Origin: Prorocentrum cordatum
Lineage: Eukaryota
Direction of reading: 5' to 3'
Assembly: GCA_963575745.1 (NCBI GenBank)
Contig: CAUYUJ010000189.1
Location: 1 to 64,000, forward strand
Length of the DNA: 64,000 nucleotides
Below the pieces are notes generated by a model, which did no database searches, was not told the DNA's origin, and saw only the letters and a program-made list of their open reading frames with translations. This document shows, piece by piece, positions 52,601-64,000 of this stretch. Both the position numbers and the translations under genes were made by a program. Numbering within the stretch: position 1 is the first letter of the stretch; each line of letters begins with the position of its first letter.

Positions 52601-53441
52601 CATTGGCTGCAATAGTCTCGCAAGCTTGGCGGGAATAATCTGGTCGCCCTCGCTGTGTTGCTTTGTCTTCCTCCCTTTCCTTCTCTCTCCTCTTCTCTGG
52701 GGTTCCCGCTGGCGTGCCCCAGCGAGGGGGGTGGACATTCTGTACAAAGCGGTTGTTTTGTACGGAAGTTCTCCCGCCCTGGTTTGGGGCTTGCCCGTGG
52801 GGGTTCTGTCTCCTTGTTCCCTCCCTCTCCCTTTCCCTTTGCCTGCCGTTGCTTTCCACGCTCCGCAGGTTGCGCTTGGCAGCCTGCAGCGCGTCACGAT
52901 TCCGTGGCTTCGCTTCGTAGTGCCCCGCGCCCTTGGCTATCTGACTCGATATCCTCGGGTCGGAGAGCGGGCCCTCGATTTGCGTCTCCTCTCCTCCGCC
53001 TCCCCCCCTCCGTCGCCTCCCCGCTTCACCGATGCGATTTGGGGGTATTTCGTGTCGTTCCTAGGCTTGCTACAGGGGGTAGGGCAACCAGCAACTTATC
53101 ACGCGTTTTGTTTGTGGTTGCTAGAATTATCACCCCGACTTTCGGCCGCGCTCGCAGGACACAGCTTCTGCGGGGAATTGTGGTTGTCCCTCGCACTAGT
53201 CACTAGTCCTGTGCCTTTGCGGTGCCGAACCCGGAGCTATTGCACAGTTTTGGCGTCATGTCTTGTGGTCGGTATCGCTCGCGGTGCGTCCGCGGAGTCG
53301 GGGGGCACTGCGTCGAGCCCACATGCCGAGTACAGACTTCGACGCAAGCTGTGGGAACCCGTAGCCGGCCGGGTTAACGTCCCCGCATTTACCCGCCACA
53401 CGCGTCGAGAGCACCAGCATTCAGCTTGCCGCTCGGCACCG
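49669..53441 (+). mobile_element. Degenerate, 5'-truncated L1/Tx1-like LINE (APE remnant, partial RT, CCHC knuckle)
   Basis: GGDFN (GDFN at 49802-49813) and SRLDR for APE; SPGPDG (50856-50873), PLNI..DNRIIA, QRGF..GRS, FFDFEAAFPSV, GVRQGCPL (51450-51473) for RT; YADD region absent; CPFGC..H..C at ~52303-52356; stop at 52638; the 3' end is uncertain. Confidence 0.92.
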
Positions 53442-53443
53442 TA

Positions 53444-55291
53444 TATACATATAACGGCGCACCAGGTCCGGGGGCCCGGGGCCGGGACCTCGACCGCAAA
53501 TGTGCACCCCGGGGGGCCCGGAGGCTCGTCGGGGCTTGCCGGAGGCCTCCCCGGTCAGACAAGACGGCCCAAGAAACGCCCAAGACGGCCCAAGAAACTT
53601 CCAAGAGGGCTCCGAGATGCTGAAGATGGCCTCCAGACGTCCAAGGACGCCCCCAAGAGGCCCCAAGAAGCCTCCAACATGCGTCCCAAGAGGGCCCCTA
53701 GACGCAAAAATTGGCCCATTCCCTTCGTAAAACGTACATGTTTCAACAAAGTTGTCTTTTGGGCTTTCCGACGTTACAGGACGGCCCAAGAGGCGCCCAA
53801 GACCGCCCCAAGACGGCCCAAGAAGCTTCCAGAGGGCCCCAGGACAGCCCAAGAGGGCCCCAAGACGGCCCAAGAGGCGCCCAAGATGGCCCAAGAGGGC
53901 CCCAAGACGGGCCCAAGAGGGGGCCCAGAGGGGGACCACGAACCGCAAGCTCGAGCCTTCCGCCCCAAGAGGCCGCCAGGAGGCCCCCAGGAGGCCCCTC
54001 AAGAGGCCCCAGGAGACCCCAGACGTCCAAGGACGCCCCCAAGAGGCCCCAAGAAGCCTCCAACATGCGTCCCAAGAGGGCCCCTAGACGCAAAAATTGG
54101 CCCATTCCCTTCGTAAAACGTACATTTTCAACAAAGTTGTCTTTTGGGCTTTCCGACGTTACAGGACGGCCCAAGAGGCGCCCAAGACCGCCCCAAGACG
54201 GCCCAAGAAGCTTCCAAGAGGGCCCCAGGACAGCCCAAGAGGGCCCCAAGACGGCCCAAGAGGCGCCCAAGATGGCCCAAGAGGGCCCCAAGACGGGCCC
54301 AAGAGGGGGCCCAGAGGGGGACCACGAACCGCAAGCTCGAGCCTTCCGCCCCAAGAGGCCGCCAGGAGGCCCCCAGGAGGCCCCTCAAGAGGCCCCAGGA
54401 GACCCCAGACGTCCAAGGACGCCCCCAAGAGGCCCCAAGAAGCCTCCAACATGCGTCCCAAGAGGGCCCCTAGACGCAAAATTGGCCCATTCCCTTCGTA
54501 AAACGTACATTTTTAACAAAGTCGCCTTTTGGGCTTTCCGACGTTACAGGACGGCCCAAGAGGCGCCCAAGACCGCCCCAAGACGGCCCAAGAAGTTTCC
54601 CAGAGGGCCCCAGGACAGCCCAAGAGGGCCCCAAGACGGCCCAAGAGGCGCCCAAGATGGCCCAAGAGGGCCCCAAGACGGGCCCAAGAGGGGGCCCAGA
54701 GGGGGACCACGAACCGCAAGCTCGAGCCTTCCGCCCCAAGAGGCCGCCAGGAGGCCCCCAGGAGGCCCCTCAAGAGGCCCCAGGAGACCCCAGACGTCCA
54801 AGGACGCCCCCAAGAGGCCCCAAGAAGCCTCCAACATGCGTCCCAAGAGGGCCCCTAGACGCAAAATTGGCCCATTCCCTTCGTAAAACGTACATTTTCA
54901 ACAAAGTTGTCTTTTGGGCTTTCCGACGTTACAGGACGGCCCAAGAGGCGCCCAAGACCGCCCCAAGACGGCCCAAGAAGCTTCCAAGAGGGCCCCAGGA
55001 CAGCCCAAGAGGGCCCCAAGACGGCCCAAGAGGCGCCCAAGATGGCCCAAGAGGGCCCCAAGACGGGCCCAAGAGGGGGCCCAGAGGGGGACCACGAACC
55101 GCAAGCTCGAGCCTTCCGCCCCAAGAGGCCGCCAGGAGGCCCCCAGGAGGCCCCTCAAGAGGCCCCAGGAGACCCCAGACGTCCAAGGACGCCCCCACGA
55201 CGCTTCGCGTCACCAATTTCTTCTCACAGCGATTCCTGGGTCTGTGACTCGACAGAACCTAAGCGCGCGCGAAGCGCGCGCGTGGTTCTAG
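53444..55291 (+). mobile_element. Non-autonomous Helitron-like element with 4 x ~385-bp internal repeats
   Basis: Same ends as 986-2463; unit marker at ~53722, 54108, 54493, 54878; hairpin plus CTAG at 55254-55291. Confidence 0.65.
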
Positions 55292-57018
55292 TGCAATATA
55301 TTGTAGGTCATGACCATGATGGACGGAAGGTAGGGATTTCCGAACAAGCGAGAATGCGGAACAAAAAAAACGGCCGTGCTAGAAGTGGTGACGAGTGGCC
55401 AGGCCCCTTCCCCCGAGTCGCCAGTTGCAACCGCAACCTTCGCGTGACCATGCGGGATGCTTGAGAAGTGCAGTGGGCGGCTTGAGTAAGGAACGCTTGC
55501 TTTTCAAAAGGGGTCCGGTCGTTCCCTCAGCTTGCATGCGTTATCCATCGTTCCGTATGCGTTTTTCCATTATTTATCGTTCCTTATGCATTGTTCCTTG
55601 GAAAACAAAGGTGCTTCGTTCCTGATTTATCGTTCCTTAGGTCAGGCCGATGGCTGTAGGTATCTGACAGGTGCGCTCTCAGTGGCTGCCTGGCAGCAGT
55701 TTGTTGCCATTCCGCGCTGTCACATGCTCCCGTTGCTCGCCGAATCGAGCTGGCATCCTTGCCAGCCGTCCTGCTCCGACCTGCAACGGCTGACAAAATA
55801 TGGCGTTTTCCCTGGACGGTCGTTCGCTAGCTTCAAGGGGCTGAGGCCAGGGGGTCTTGCTTCCTCCGCCCTCCCTCACCCTCCCCATCCTCCTTCTCCT
55901 TCCCGGACGGTTCCAGTTTTGTCCGTTTCCCCATCTTCCTCGCTTGTCGGACCGAGGGGCACGAGTTGGCCGTGGGCGAGAGCGGAACCGCTGCTGGGAA
56001 GGATTCGAAGCCAATCGATAGGAACATCCTTGAAATACGAAGGATGGAGTCTCCTGTGGGAGCAAGCTTCTTAGGCAAGGGACCCTGAGGATGCGCCCGC
56101 ACGAAGGATGAGGAGGGTTGAGGAGGGGGAAGAAGGGGAGGGGAGGAGAGTAAGGAGAAGGAGGAACAGATGAGGAGGAGGAGAAGGAGCGAAAAGCCGA
56201 GAGGAAGAGAGGAAGGGAGTACGAGGAGAGAGGAAAGGCGAGGGAGGGAGGATGGGAATTGGCGGCATTGCCCGGCAGGCTCTGGAGACCTGGAGGTGAT
56301 TGTTTTTCTTTCATCATTCCCGAGATTGCCCCGAGAACAAGATGCCAGTAAACGCAATCAACGCGCCCACGCGGGCTGAAACGTGATGGGCCCTGCGCAC
56401 TCGCACCAGCGGTAGTGAAGCAAGCGATTGCATTGCATGCGCCCCGGTGCGCCCAGAGAGGCACGGGCGCGAAACAGAAAGACTACCGCCTACGCCTGTT
56501 CCTTTGCCTGAGCCTCACCCACTTCCGCCTCCTCTTCCGCCTCTGTCCGCCTCGCTCCTTCCGCCACCGGCCTCCCTTGGTCTCTGTCTGCCCGGATGGC
56601 GGTAGGGTGGTGACGACGGATTCGGTTTAGTCAGCGAGTGCCTCTTCTTCCGAGTGGTGCCCGCTGGCAACGCGTCAGCGTGGAGTCTCGTACATGATCG
56701 ACGAAACCTGCATGGCCGTTCGCCATCCACGGGCCCGACGCCAGCGCGGGGCGTTCAAGGCTGAGTGCCGCCGGGTCGACAGCCGAAGAGTCCCGCGCGA
56801 TCGGGAAGCCGTGATCTTTCAAGTTTCAGCGAGATCCGCACGGTCTCAAAGACTTGCGTTGTGACCCTCACGAGGGGCCGCCAGGCTCGCAAGATGCTCG
56901 TGGCCCTCGTGAACTTGGGCCCGAATGGTCTCGTGCAGTCCTTGCGCGCACGTGGCTGTAGTCGGGGCGGCGACGCTGGAAGGGTGCGCTGGGAGGTCGG
57001 CCACGCGCAGAGGGCGGC

Positions 57019-57143
57019 AGGGGGGAGGGGGGAAGGCTTCTTAGAAGCACCCCTGCTTCTTGGAAGGCGCGGGCCTTATCTGCAGGTGTAAGGCTGGCGC
57101 CTTCTAAGGCAGGCTCCTTCTAAGAAGCCTCCCCCCTCCCCCC
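57019..57143. mobile_element. Foldback/MITE-like palindrome, copy 2
   Basis: Homolog of 46280-46420. Confidence 0.65.
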
Positions 57144-57634
57144 GTGCCTGGTTCCCCCTTGTGTGCACCGCCAAGGAGGGCGCGCTGGGAGGGCACGTCG
57201 GGGGGGCACGCTGGGCGGGCACGCTGGTCGGGCACGCTGGAAGGGCACGCTGGGAGGGCACGCTGGGAGGGCACGCTGGGAAGGTGCGCTGGGATGGCGC
57301 ACTGAGGAGGCGGACAATCCGAAGAAACGTCTGTTCGTAGCTCCGCTTCGCCCCCCGCCGACCTTTCACTCCTGGCCCCCCTCGCTCTCATCCGCATTTG
57401 CGACGCGCTGCGCTTCTCAGCATGCGCGCACGCTTCGACTTCGGGTCCCCTCTCAGACTTCTGGCGGCCGTCGCAGGGCTAGCTCGGGGCCCTCTTGGGG
57501 CAACGGTCGGGGCCCTCTCGGGGGGGGGGGGTGAAAGGGGGTGGGAGAAGGGGGGGAAACGCGGGTCCAGCCGCGACACGTTTTCAACAAATGAAGGAGA
57601 GAGAGAGAGAGATGGGGGGGACGCGGTACACGTG

Positions 57635-57779
57635 TACACACATATACATATATATATATATATATGTTAATACACACATATATATATATATCTCTTAATA
57701 TTATATATACACAGAGATCTACAGTTCTGTACATATGTAACTATAAATACCTACAGTCGTACATACATACATACATACA

Positions 57780-57813
<34 letters not shown>

Positions 57814-58234
57814 CATGCACATACATACATACACACATACATACATACACACATACATACATACATACATACATACATACATACATACATACATACAGAC
57901 ACTCACACATACACACACATACATACATACATACATACATACATACATGCATACATACATACATACATACATACACACATACATACATGCATACATACAT
58001 ATATACATACATACATACATACATACATACATACATACATACATACATACATACATACATACATACATACAGACACATCCATCCATCCATCCATCCATCC
58101 ATCCATCCATCCATCCATCCATCCATCCATGCATACAAACATACATACATACATAAATACATACATACATGCATGCATGCATGCATGCATACATACACAG
58201 CTGTACATTTATCGATGCATTAATGTAAGTAAAA

Positions 58235-58272
<38 letters not shown>

Positions 58273-58275
58273 GAA
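57635..58275. repeat. (TA)n/(ATAC)n/(ATCC)n microsatellite upstream of gene copy 2; equivalent tract at 47387-47610
   Basis: Visible repeat. Confidence 0.95.
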
Positions 58276-58454
58276 TAGATAGAGCGACGAACCATTTAAT
58301 AAACTGGGAGGGGGGGCCGGGGGGGCCGGAGTGCACTGATTTGGCTTCTGGCCGTTTTGGACCTGGTGGGGGTGCCAGAACGCGTCAAAGGAGGGTAAGG
58401 GGGGCGACGAGAGGGCCCGAAAGACGTTCAAGAGGGTGCCAAGATGGCGCAAGA

Positions 58455-58470
58455 AGCCTTTTGGCTCAAG
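58455..58470 (+). other. Relict spliced leader upstream of gene copy 2
   Basis: AGCCTTTTGGCTCAAG, identical to copy 1; 92 nt before the ATG. Confidence 0.85.
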
Positions 58471-58562
58471 CTTTTCAGGCAGACACTTCCTTCCGTGCTG
58501 TACACGCTTGAGCGAGCTCTCCTCGCTCCATTGCTAGCCCGTGCGCTCCACTCACGAACGGT

Positions 58563-60482
58563 ATGCTTCCGATGGGGCTTTTGCACGCCAGCGTGGCCAT
58601 CCTCTATTTCATCGTGCGCGCGGAGGCGCTTGGAGGGGATCCAGCGGCGATGCACATGGTCATCGAGGATGGCGGTGGTCCATTCAAAGAGCTTTCTGAG
58701 GGCGAGCTCGTTGAGGCCGTCAATACCACGCTGCGCGTCGAAAGTAGCGCCCCTTCTGGGCGGGCAGGCGCGTGGTCGTCGGCAGTGTGCAAACATTTCT
58801 GTAATGGCAACATGTACGACTCCCCGATGTTTCAGGCGCCGGGGGATGCTGATAGACCCGCGGGGGTGATCGGAATGCAGTGGGCGCGTCAGCCCAACGA
58901 GAATGCGGCCGCAGGCTACGGTTGTGTCGTCTGAGAGTTTAATGGTGGCGTGGGAGGTTACGCGACAGATGTGCTGTGGTACTGGGATGAGTGCGTGGGC
59001 TCCTCCATTATCTGGTTCGGCTCGACGACATGGGAGTCGCCAGCTCCTATCGGCACGAAATGGTGGGCGAACCATGGCTGCCGTTACACTGCCGGAACCC
59101 AGGTATGCGTGCGCGCCCGCTACTTTTTCCAGACTCCACAGCCGACGCCATCTCCGGCGCCCAACCCGACGCCGAAGCCGACGCCATACCCGACGCCGAA
59201 GCCGACGCCGTACCCGACGCCGAAGCCGACGCCGTACCCGACGCCGAACCCGACGCCGAACCCGACGCCATACCCGACGCCGAAGCCGACGCCGAACCCG
59301 ACGCCGAACCCGACGCCGTACCCGACGCCGAAGCCGACGCCGAACCCGACGCCGAACCCGACGCCGAAGCCGACGCCGTACCCGACGCAGAACCCGACGC
59401 CGCATCCGACGCCGTAGCCGACGCCGAACCCGACGCCGAACCCGACGCCGTACCCGACGCCGAAGCCGACGCCGAACCCGACGCCGAACCCGACGCCGAA
59501 CCCGACGCCGAAGCCGACGCCGATGCCGACGCCGTACCCGACGCCGAACCCGACGCCGAAGCCGACGCCGAAGCCGACGCCGAACCCGACGCCGAACCCG
59601 ACGCCGAACCCAACGCCCTACCCCACACCCTACCCCACACCCTACCCCACGCCCTACCCTACAGTTTTCCCAACGCCCTACCCCACGGCTTTCCCGACGC
59701 TCTACCCCACGGCCTTCCCGGCGGCCTACCCCACGGCTTTCCCAACGCCTTACCCCACAGTTTTCCCGACGCCTTACCCGACCGCCTTCCCGACGCCCTA
59801 CCCGACGGGTTTCCCGACGGTCTACCCCACGGCTTTTCCGTCTGTCTACCCGACGTCGCTCCCGACGCCCAGCCCGACGCCCAGTCCGACGTATCTTCTG
59901 GGCTGGCCGACACCAAGTCCAACGTTTCCTCCTGCAGCTCCCACGACTGGAGGCGTGGCTGCCACCGGCGATCCGCACCTTCAAAACGTTCATGGCGAGC
60001 GGTTCGATTTAATGAAGCCAGGCAAACATGTTCTGATAAACATCCCTCGTGGAGTGAGCGCTGAAGACGCATTGCTTCGTGTGCAGGCCGATGCGCGCCG
60101 ATCGGGTAGAAGTTGTTCGGATATGTACTTCAAGGAATTGAACACTACAGGCTCTTGGGCGGAGGCTAAGCAAGTTGGAGGGTATCACTACAGCGGAGGG
60201 CACAGCGCCGCGACGATTCCGCAATGGGTTGCTATTGGCCCGGTCGAGTTGAAAGTCGTCCATGGACGCACAGAGAGTGGCATCTGGTATTTGAATGTGC
60301 GCGTGAAACATTTGGGGCGATCAGGGTTTGCCGTCGGAGGCTTGCTGGGGGAAGACGACCACAAAGAGGTGATGACTGCCCCAGCGTCTTGTACCAAGCG
60401 CACGACTTTGCTATGGCCAGGCTCCTTCCCCCGAGTCGCCAGTTGCAACCGCAACCTTCGCGTGACCATGCGGGATGCTTGA
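58563..60482 (+). pseudogene. Copy 2 of the secreted protein gene: signal peptide, Cys/Trp-rich domain, PTP[K/N/Y] repeat, GDPH-containing VWD-like domain; 639 codons in one frame with two internal stops
   Basis: ORFs at 58563, 58950 and 59523 share a frame; TGA at 58932-58934 (CGA in copy 1), TAG at 59415-59417; [26 protein letters not shown]; no intron needed. Confidence 0.9.
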
Positions 60483-61063
60483 GAAGTGCAGTGAGCGGCT
60501 TGAGTAAGGAACACTTGCTTTTCAATAGTGGCTCGTTCGTTCCCTAGGCTTGCATGCGTTATCCATCGTTCCGTATGCGTTTTTCATTTTTTATCGTTCT
60601 TTATGCATTGGTCCTTGGAAAACAAAGGTGCTTCGTTCCTGATGTATCGTTCCTTAGGTCAGGCCGATGGCTGTAGGTATCTGACAGGTGCGCCCTCAGT
60701 GGCTGCCTGGCAGCAGTTTGTTGCCATTCCGCGCTGTCACATGCTCCCGTTGCTCGCCGAATCGAGCTGGCATCCTTGCCAGCCGTCCTGCTCCGACCTG
60801 CAACGGCTGACAAAAGATGGCTACTTCCCTGGACGGTCGTTCGCTAGCTTCAAGGGGCTGAGACCAGGGGGACTTGCTTCCTCCGCCCTCCCTCGCCCTC
60901 CCCATCCTCCTTCTCCTTCCCGGACGGTTCCAGTTTTGTCCGTTTCCCCATCTTCCTCGCTTGTCGGACCGAGGGGCACGAGTTGGCCGTGGGCGAGAGG
61001 CGCAGGCTCAGGTGCGCCGTCCAAGTTTTTTACAGGGAGTCGGAAGGAGGAACGACAGCAGGT

Positions 61064-61148
61064 TTAGGGGGCCACATGCGAACCCTACCCCACCCTTCCC
61101 CTCAGAAATCATGCGGGGTAGGGGTAGGGTTCGCATGTGCCCCCCTAA
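61064..61148. repeat. 85-bp foldback with 28-bp arms (1 mismatch)
   Basis: TTAGGGGGCCACATGCGAACCCTACCCC / GGGGTAGGGTTCGCATGTGCCCCCCTAA. Confidence 0.9.
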
Positions 61149-61687
61149 GGTTCTGAAACTTCTGTGCTGGGCTCGGCCAATTCACACTTCTGTCAGTGGC
61201 TCTCTGCTGTGCAGCGTGTATGTCCATTTCCACTGTTCAGTGGCTCCGCTTCTTGCGAACGGCGCGGCGGGAGCCCCGCAGGAGTTTCCAAAAATAGCTT
61301 CCAGAGCCTTCAGGGGGCCCTCTATGGCCCTCCCTCCAAGTCTCAAGCGAAACGGCCCCTGGGACGCTTCTGTGATGCTAAGTTGCGAGGAAGTCTCGAG
61401 CGGAACCGCTGCTGGGAAGGATTCGAAGCCAATCGATAGGAACATCCTTGAAACACGAAGGATGGAGTCTCCTGTGGGAGCAAGCTTCTTAGGCAAGGGA
61501 CCCTGCGGATGTGCCCGCACGAAGGATGAGGAGGGTTGAGGGGGGGGAGGAAGGGGAGGGGAGGAGAGTAATGAGAAGGAGGAACAGATGAGGAGGAGGA
61601 GGAGAAGGAGCGAAGAGCCGAGAGGAAGAGAGGAAGGGAGGACGAGGAGAGAGGAAAGGCGAGGGAGGGAGGATGGGAATTGGCGGC

Positions 61688-63978
61688 CCCAAGATGCCCC
61701 CAACAGAGCCCGAGTGCCCCCGAGAGGTCCCCTAGAGTCCCCACGAGGCCCCAAACATGCCCGGAAAGACGCCCCAAGAGCACCCCAAACGGCCCCCGAC
61801 AGGCCTCCAAAACTGCCTTCAAGAGGCCCCCGGGAAGCCTCCCACGAATTCCAAACGAACTTCCAAGAGGCCTCTAACCCACAACCCAAGTACGGTGGCG
61901 GGATGGGCCGAAAGCCACTGGACAGCGTCCAGACGGTCCAAGGGGCCCCTAGATACCTAAGAGGTTTCCCAGAGGTTTCCCAAGAGAGCTCGAGGAGGCC
62001 AAAAAACATGTCTGTCCCGCAGGCGTTTGAACAATCTTGGCGGCTCCGCATGTTGCGCTTTCCCGACGCTGCAACACGCCCCAGGAGGCTCCGAGGATCG
62101 CCCCAAGACGGCCCAATGGACTTCAAAAGCGCCCCAGGACGGCCCAATAGGCCTCAACAGCGCCGAAGAGACGTTCAAGGACGCTCCAAGAGACGTCCAC
62201 GAGGGCTCCAAGACGGCCCAAACGCGCTCCAAGAGAGCCCAAGACCGCACAAGAGCGTTCCAAGATGGCCCAACATGGCTTCAAGACAGCCCCAGAGGGC
62301 CTCAAGACGGCCGCGAGGCCCTCAAAGGGAGTCCCACGGAGCCCTCAGGAGGCGAAACAACTGTTTTTCTGTTTTTTGAGGTTTTCCGTGTTCTGGTTTC
62401 ATGCTTCTGACGGGCCAAGGCAGGCCATGAGGCCCCAGAAGTCGGCCCAAGACGGTCCAAGCGGCTCTCAAAGAGTGCCCCAGATGGCCCAAGATAGTTC
62501 CAAGACGGCCTAAGGGCGCTCCAAGACGGCCCGAAGAAGGCCTAGAAGTTCCCACATGGTTTCAAGAGAGATCCAAGAGGGCCCTAAGAGCCCTCCAAGA
62601 GGGACCCAGCACGACCCCAAGACAGCCAAAGCCTTCAAAAACGCTCCAAATGGGTTCCAGTACCTCGCGAGAGAGCGAGAAGTAGTCCAAAATTGCCCCA
62701 AGAGGGCACCCAAGAAGGCCTGGAGACGCTAAACGCATGACTAGATGTTCGTCTGGCTCTTGTGTCGTTTCACGTAACGAGTTCCAAACACCAAGGATCC
62801 TAAATGCGGACGGTGGTGTGAGCTCAAGACGACCCAAAGAGATCCCCGAGATGCCGAACAAATTGTTGCTCCAACGGCTATTGATGCTTCTGCCTCCTCA
62901 TCTCCCTCCCCGTCCTCGTCCTGCACCTCGGAAAGGAAAGCACGTCGCTTCGAGATGCGTCCAGCCGCGGTGACGACGAGACCCCACGAAGACAAAACAA
63001 CTTCGGACCTCGATCCTCGCCTGGGGGCCTGGCACCTCGCTACTATCTCGCCCTCTTTTTTGATACCCCCTTCCCAGGGCCTCCAAGAGGCCTCCAGTCG
63101 GCCCAATCGACTTCCAAGACAGCCTAAGGTACCCCCGAGACCGCCTAAGGAGAACCAAAATGAACCGAAGATGGCCCAAAAGGGCACCAAGAGCAGGATG
63201 GCCTCAGCACGGCGCAAGGGTCCCCAGGACACCCCAGGAAAGTACCCGGCGCACCCCAAAGAGGCCTGAAGGATTTTTGTGTGTTCGCGCTTCCTGGCTT
63301 CCGACCGCCCAAGACGGCTCCAAGACTGCACAAGATGGGCCCAGGACGGCCTCAGCACGGCCCCAGGAGGGCCCGACGACAGCCCAAGAGGCCCCCAAAA
63401 CGTCCCCAAGGGACTTCCAAGATGACCATGCAAGCCCCGTGAGAGGGTTCTGAAACTGCCCCCAAAGACATAAGACCGCGTCTCCAGCATGCGTCCGTCC
63501 AAGAGGCTCGAAGAATGCCGAACGAAAGCTGGAGGTGGCTCGAAAGCTCTTCAGCAATGATCAAATCATCGAGTTTGAGGCCCTGCCTGTGCGACCAGGA
63601 GGTGTTTTTGCACGCGCTCCGCCAGCTGGCGTGACAGCGCATGCATTTCACGGCAAACTACGGCCTCGACATTTAGATAGCCAGTCAATAGAGTCAATGA
63701 CCCAAGTCTGGTCAGCGATCTCCCCGACGAACCCGCAAGCTAAGACTTGCGTCCTGACAACGATCTGGCAACCCTAGCCCAAGACACCTGCCGCCCCAAA
63801 CACAGCGCCTGAACAGTTCAAAAGCCAGTCCAAGGAAGCCCTGCGACATTCCTTAACTGGCCCAATTCGGTCGCAACCCCTCTCAGACAGCGAGTCGCCC
63901 GCAAACCCCGACCTTGGTGTCATCACAGCGCCATGGATTGGGCTAGAATCTAAGCGCGCGAAGCGCGCGTGATTCTAG
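61688..63978 (+). mobile_element. Degenerate CCAAGA-family region ending in a Helitron-like hairpin plus CTAG
   Basis: Begins where homology to 56270 stops; terminus CTAGAATCTAAGCGCGCGAAGCGCGCGTGATTCTAG|T at 63943-63978; may be more than one element. Confidence 0.5.
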
Positions 63979-64000
63979 TACTATATCTTATGGAAACACA

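Larger units (their letters stand above)
47945..55464 (+). pseudogene. Copy 1 of a secreted PT-repeat/GDPH (VWD-like) protein gene; frameshifted and split by a 5.7-kb insertion (coding pieces 47945-49668 and 55396-55464)
   Basis: Colinear with 58563-60482; 37-bp deletion near 48479, TAG at 48868-48870, frameshift near 49544; the C-terminus ([21 protein letters not shown]) resumes at 55396. Confidence 0.88.

Noticed and set aside
52626..54116. 496-aa ORF after the LINE
   Set aside because: Non-ATG start, no motifs, and it runs across the LINE 3' region into the tandem-repeat element
58932..58934. Stop-codon readthrough or selenocysteine at the internal TGA
   Set aside because: Copy 1 has CGA (Arg) here, consistent with a simple CpG transition
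59103..59132. Possible 30-nt GT-AG intron (GTATGC..TTTTTCCAG)
   Set aside because: Very short, in frame, and encodes a plausible Cys-containing segment; the deletion in copy 1 is 37 nt and does not match these borders

Overview
A repeat-saturated, GC-rich eukaryotic window. Relict spliced-leader sequences (DinoSL, DCCGTAGCCATTTTGGCTCAAG) in front of three intronless gene copies point to dinoflagellate nuclear DNA. I found no clearly intact host gene; almost all ORFs in the track are artefacts of microsatellites and GC-rich tandem repeats. Real coding remnants: (i) a 5'-truncated retroelement (8498-10645, GGCCAT TSD, AAAG tail) with three C2H2-like fingers followed by a separate, intact-looking 244-aa ORF; (ii) an SL-headed processed pseudogene of a GH1 beta-glucosidase (30674-31790); (iii) two tandem, SL-relic-headed pseudogenised copies of a secreted protein (signal peptide, Cys/Trp domain, PT repeat, GDPH/VWD-like domain) at 47945-55464 and 58563-60482, the first disrupted by (iv) a degenerate L1/Tx1-like LINE. 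Non-coding structure includes a 10.2-kb TA-flanked TIR element carrying a ~29-copy ~335-bp satellite (16862-27051), Helitron-like elements with ~385-bp internal repeats and covarying 3' hairpins ending in CTAG, several MITE/foldback families, and many mini- and microsatellites. All calls are by eye, with no database searches.
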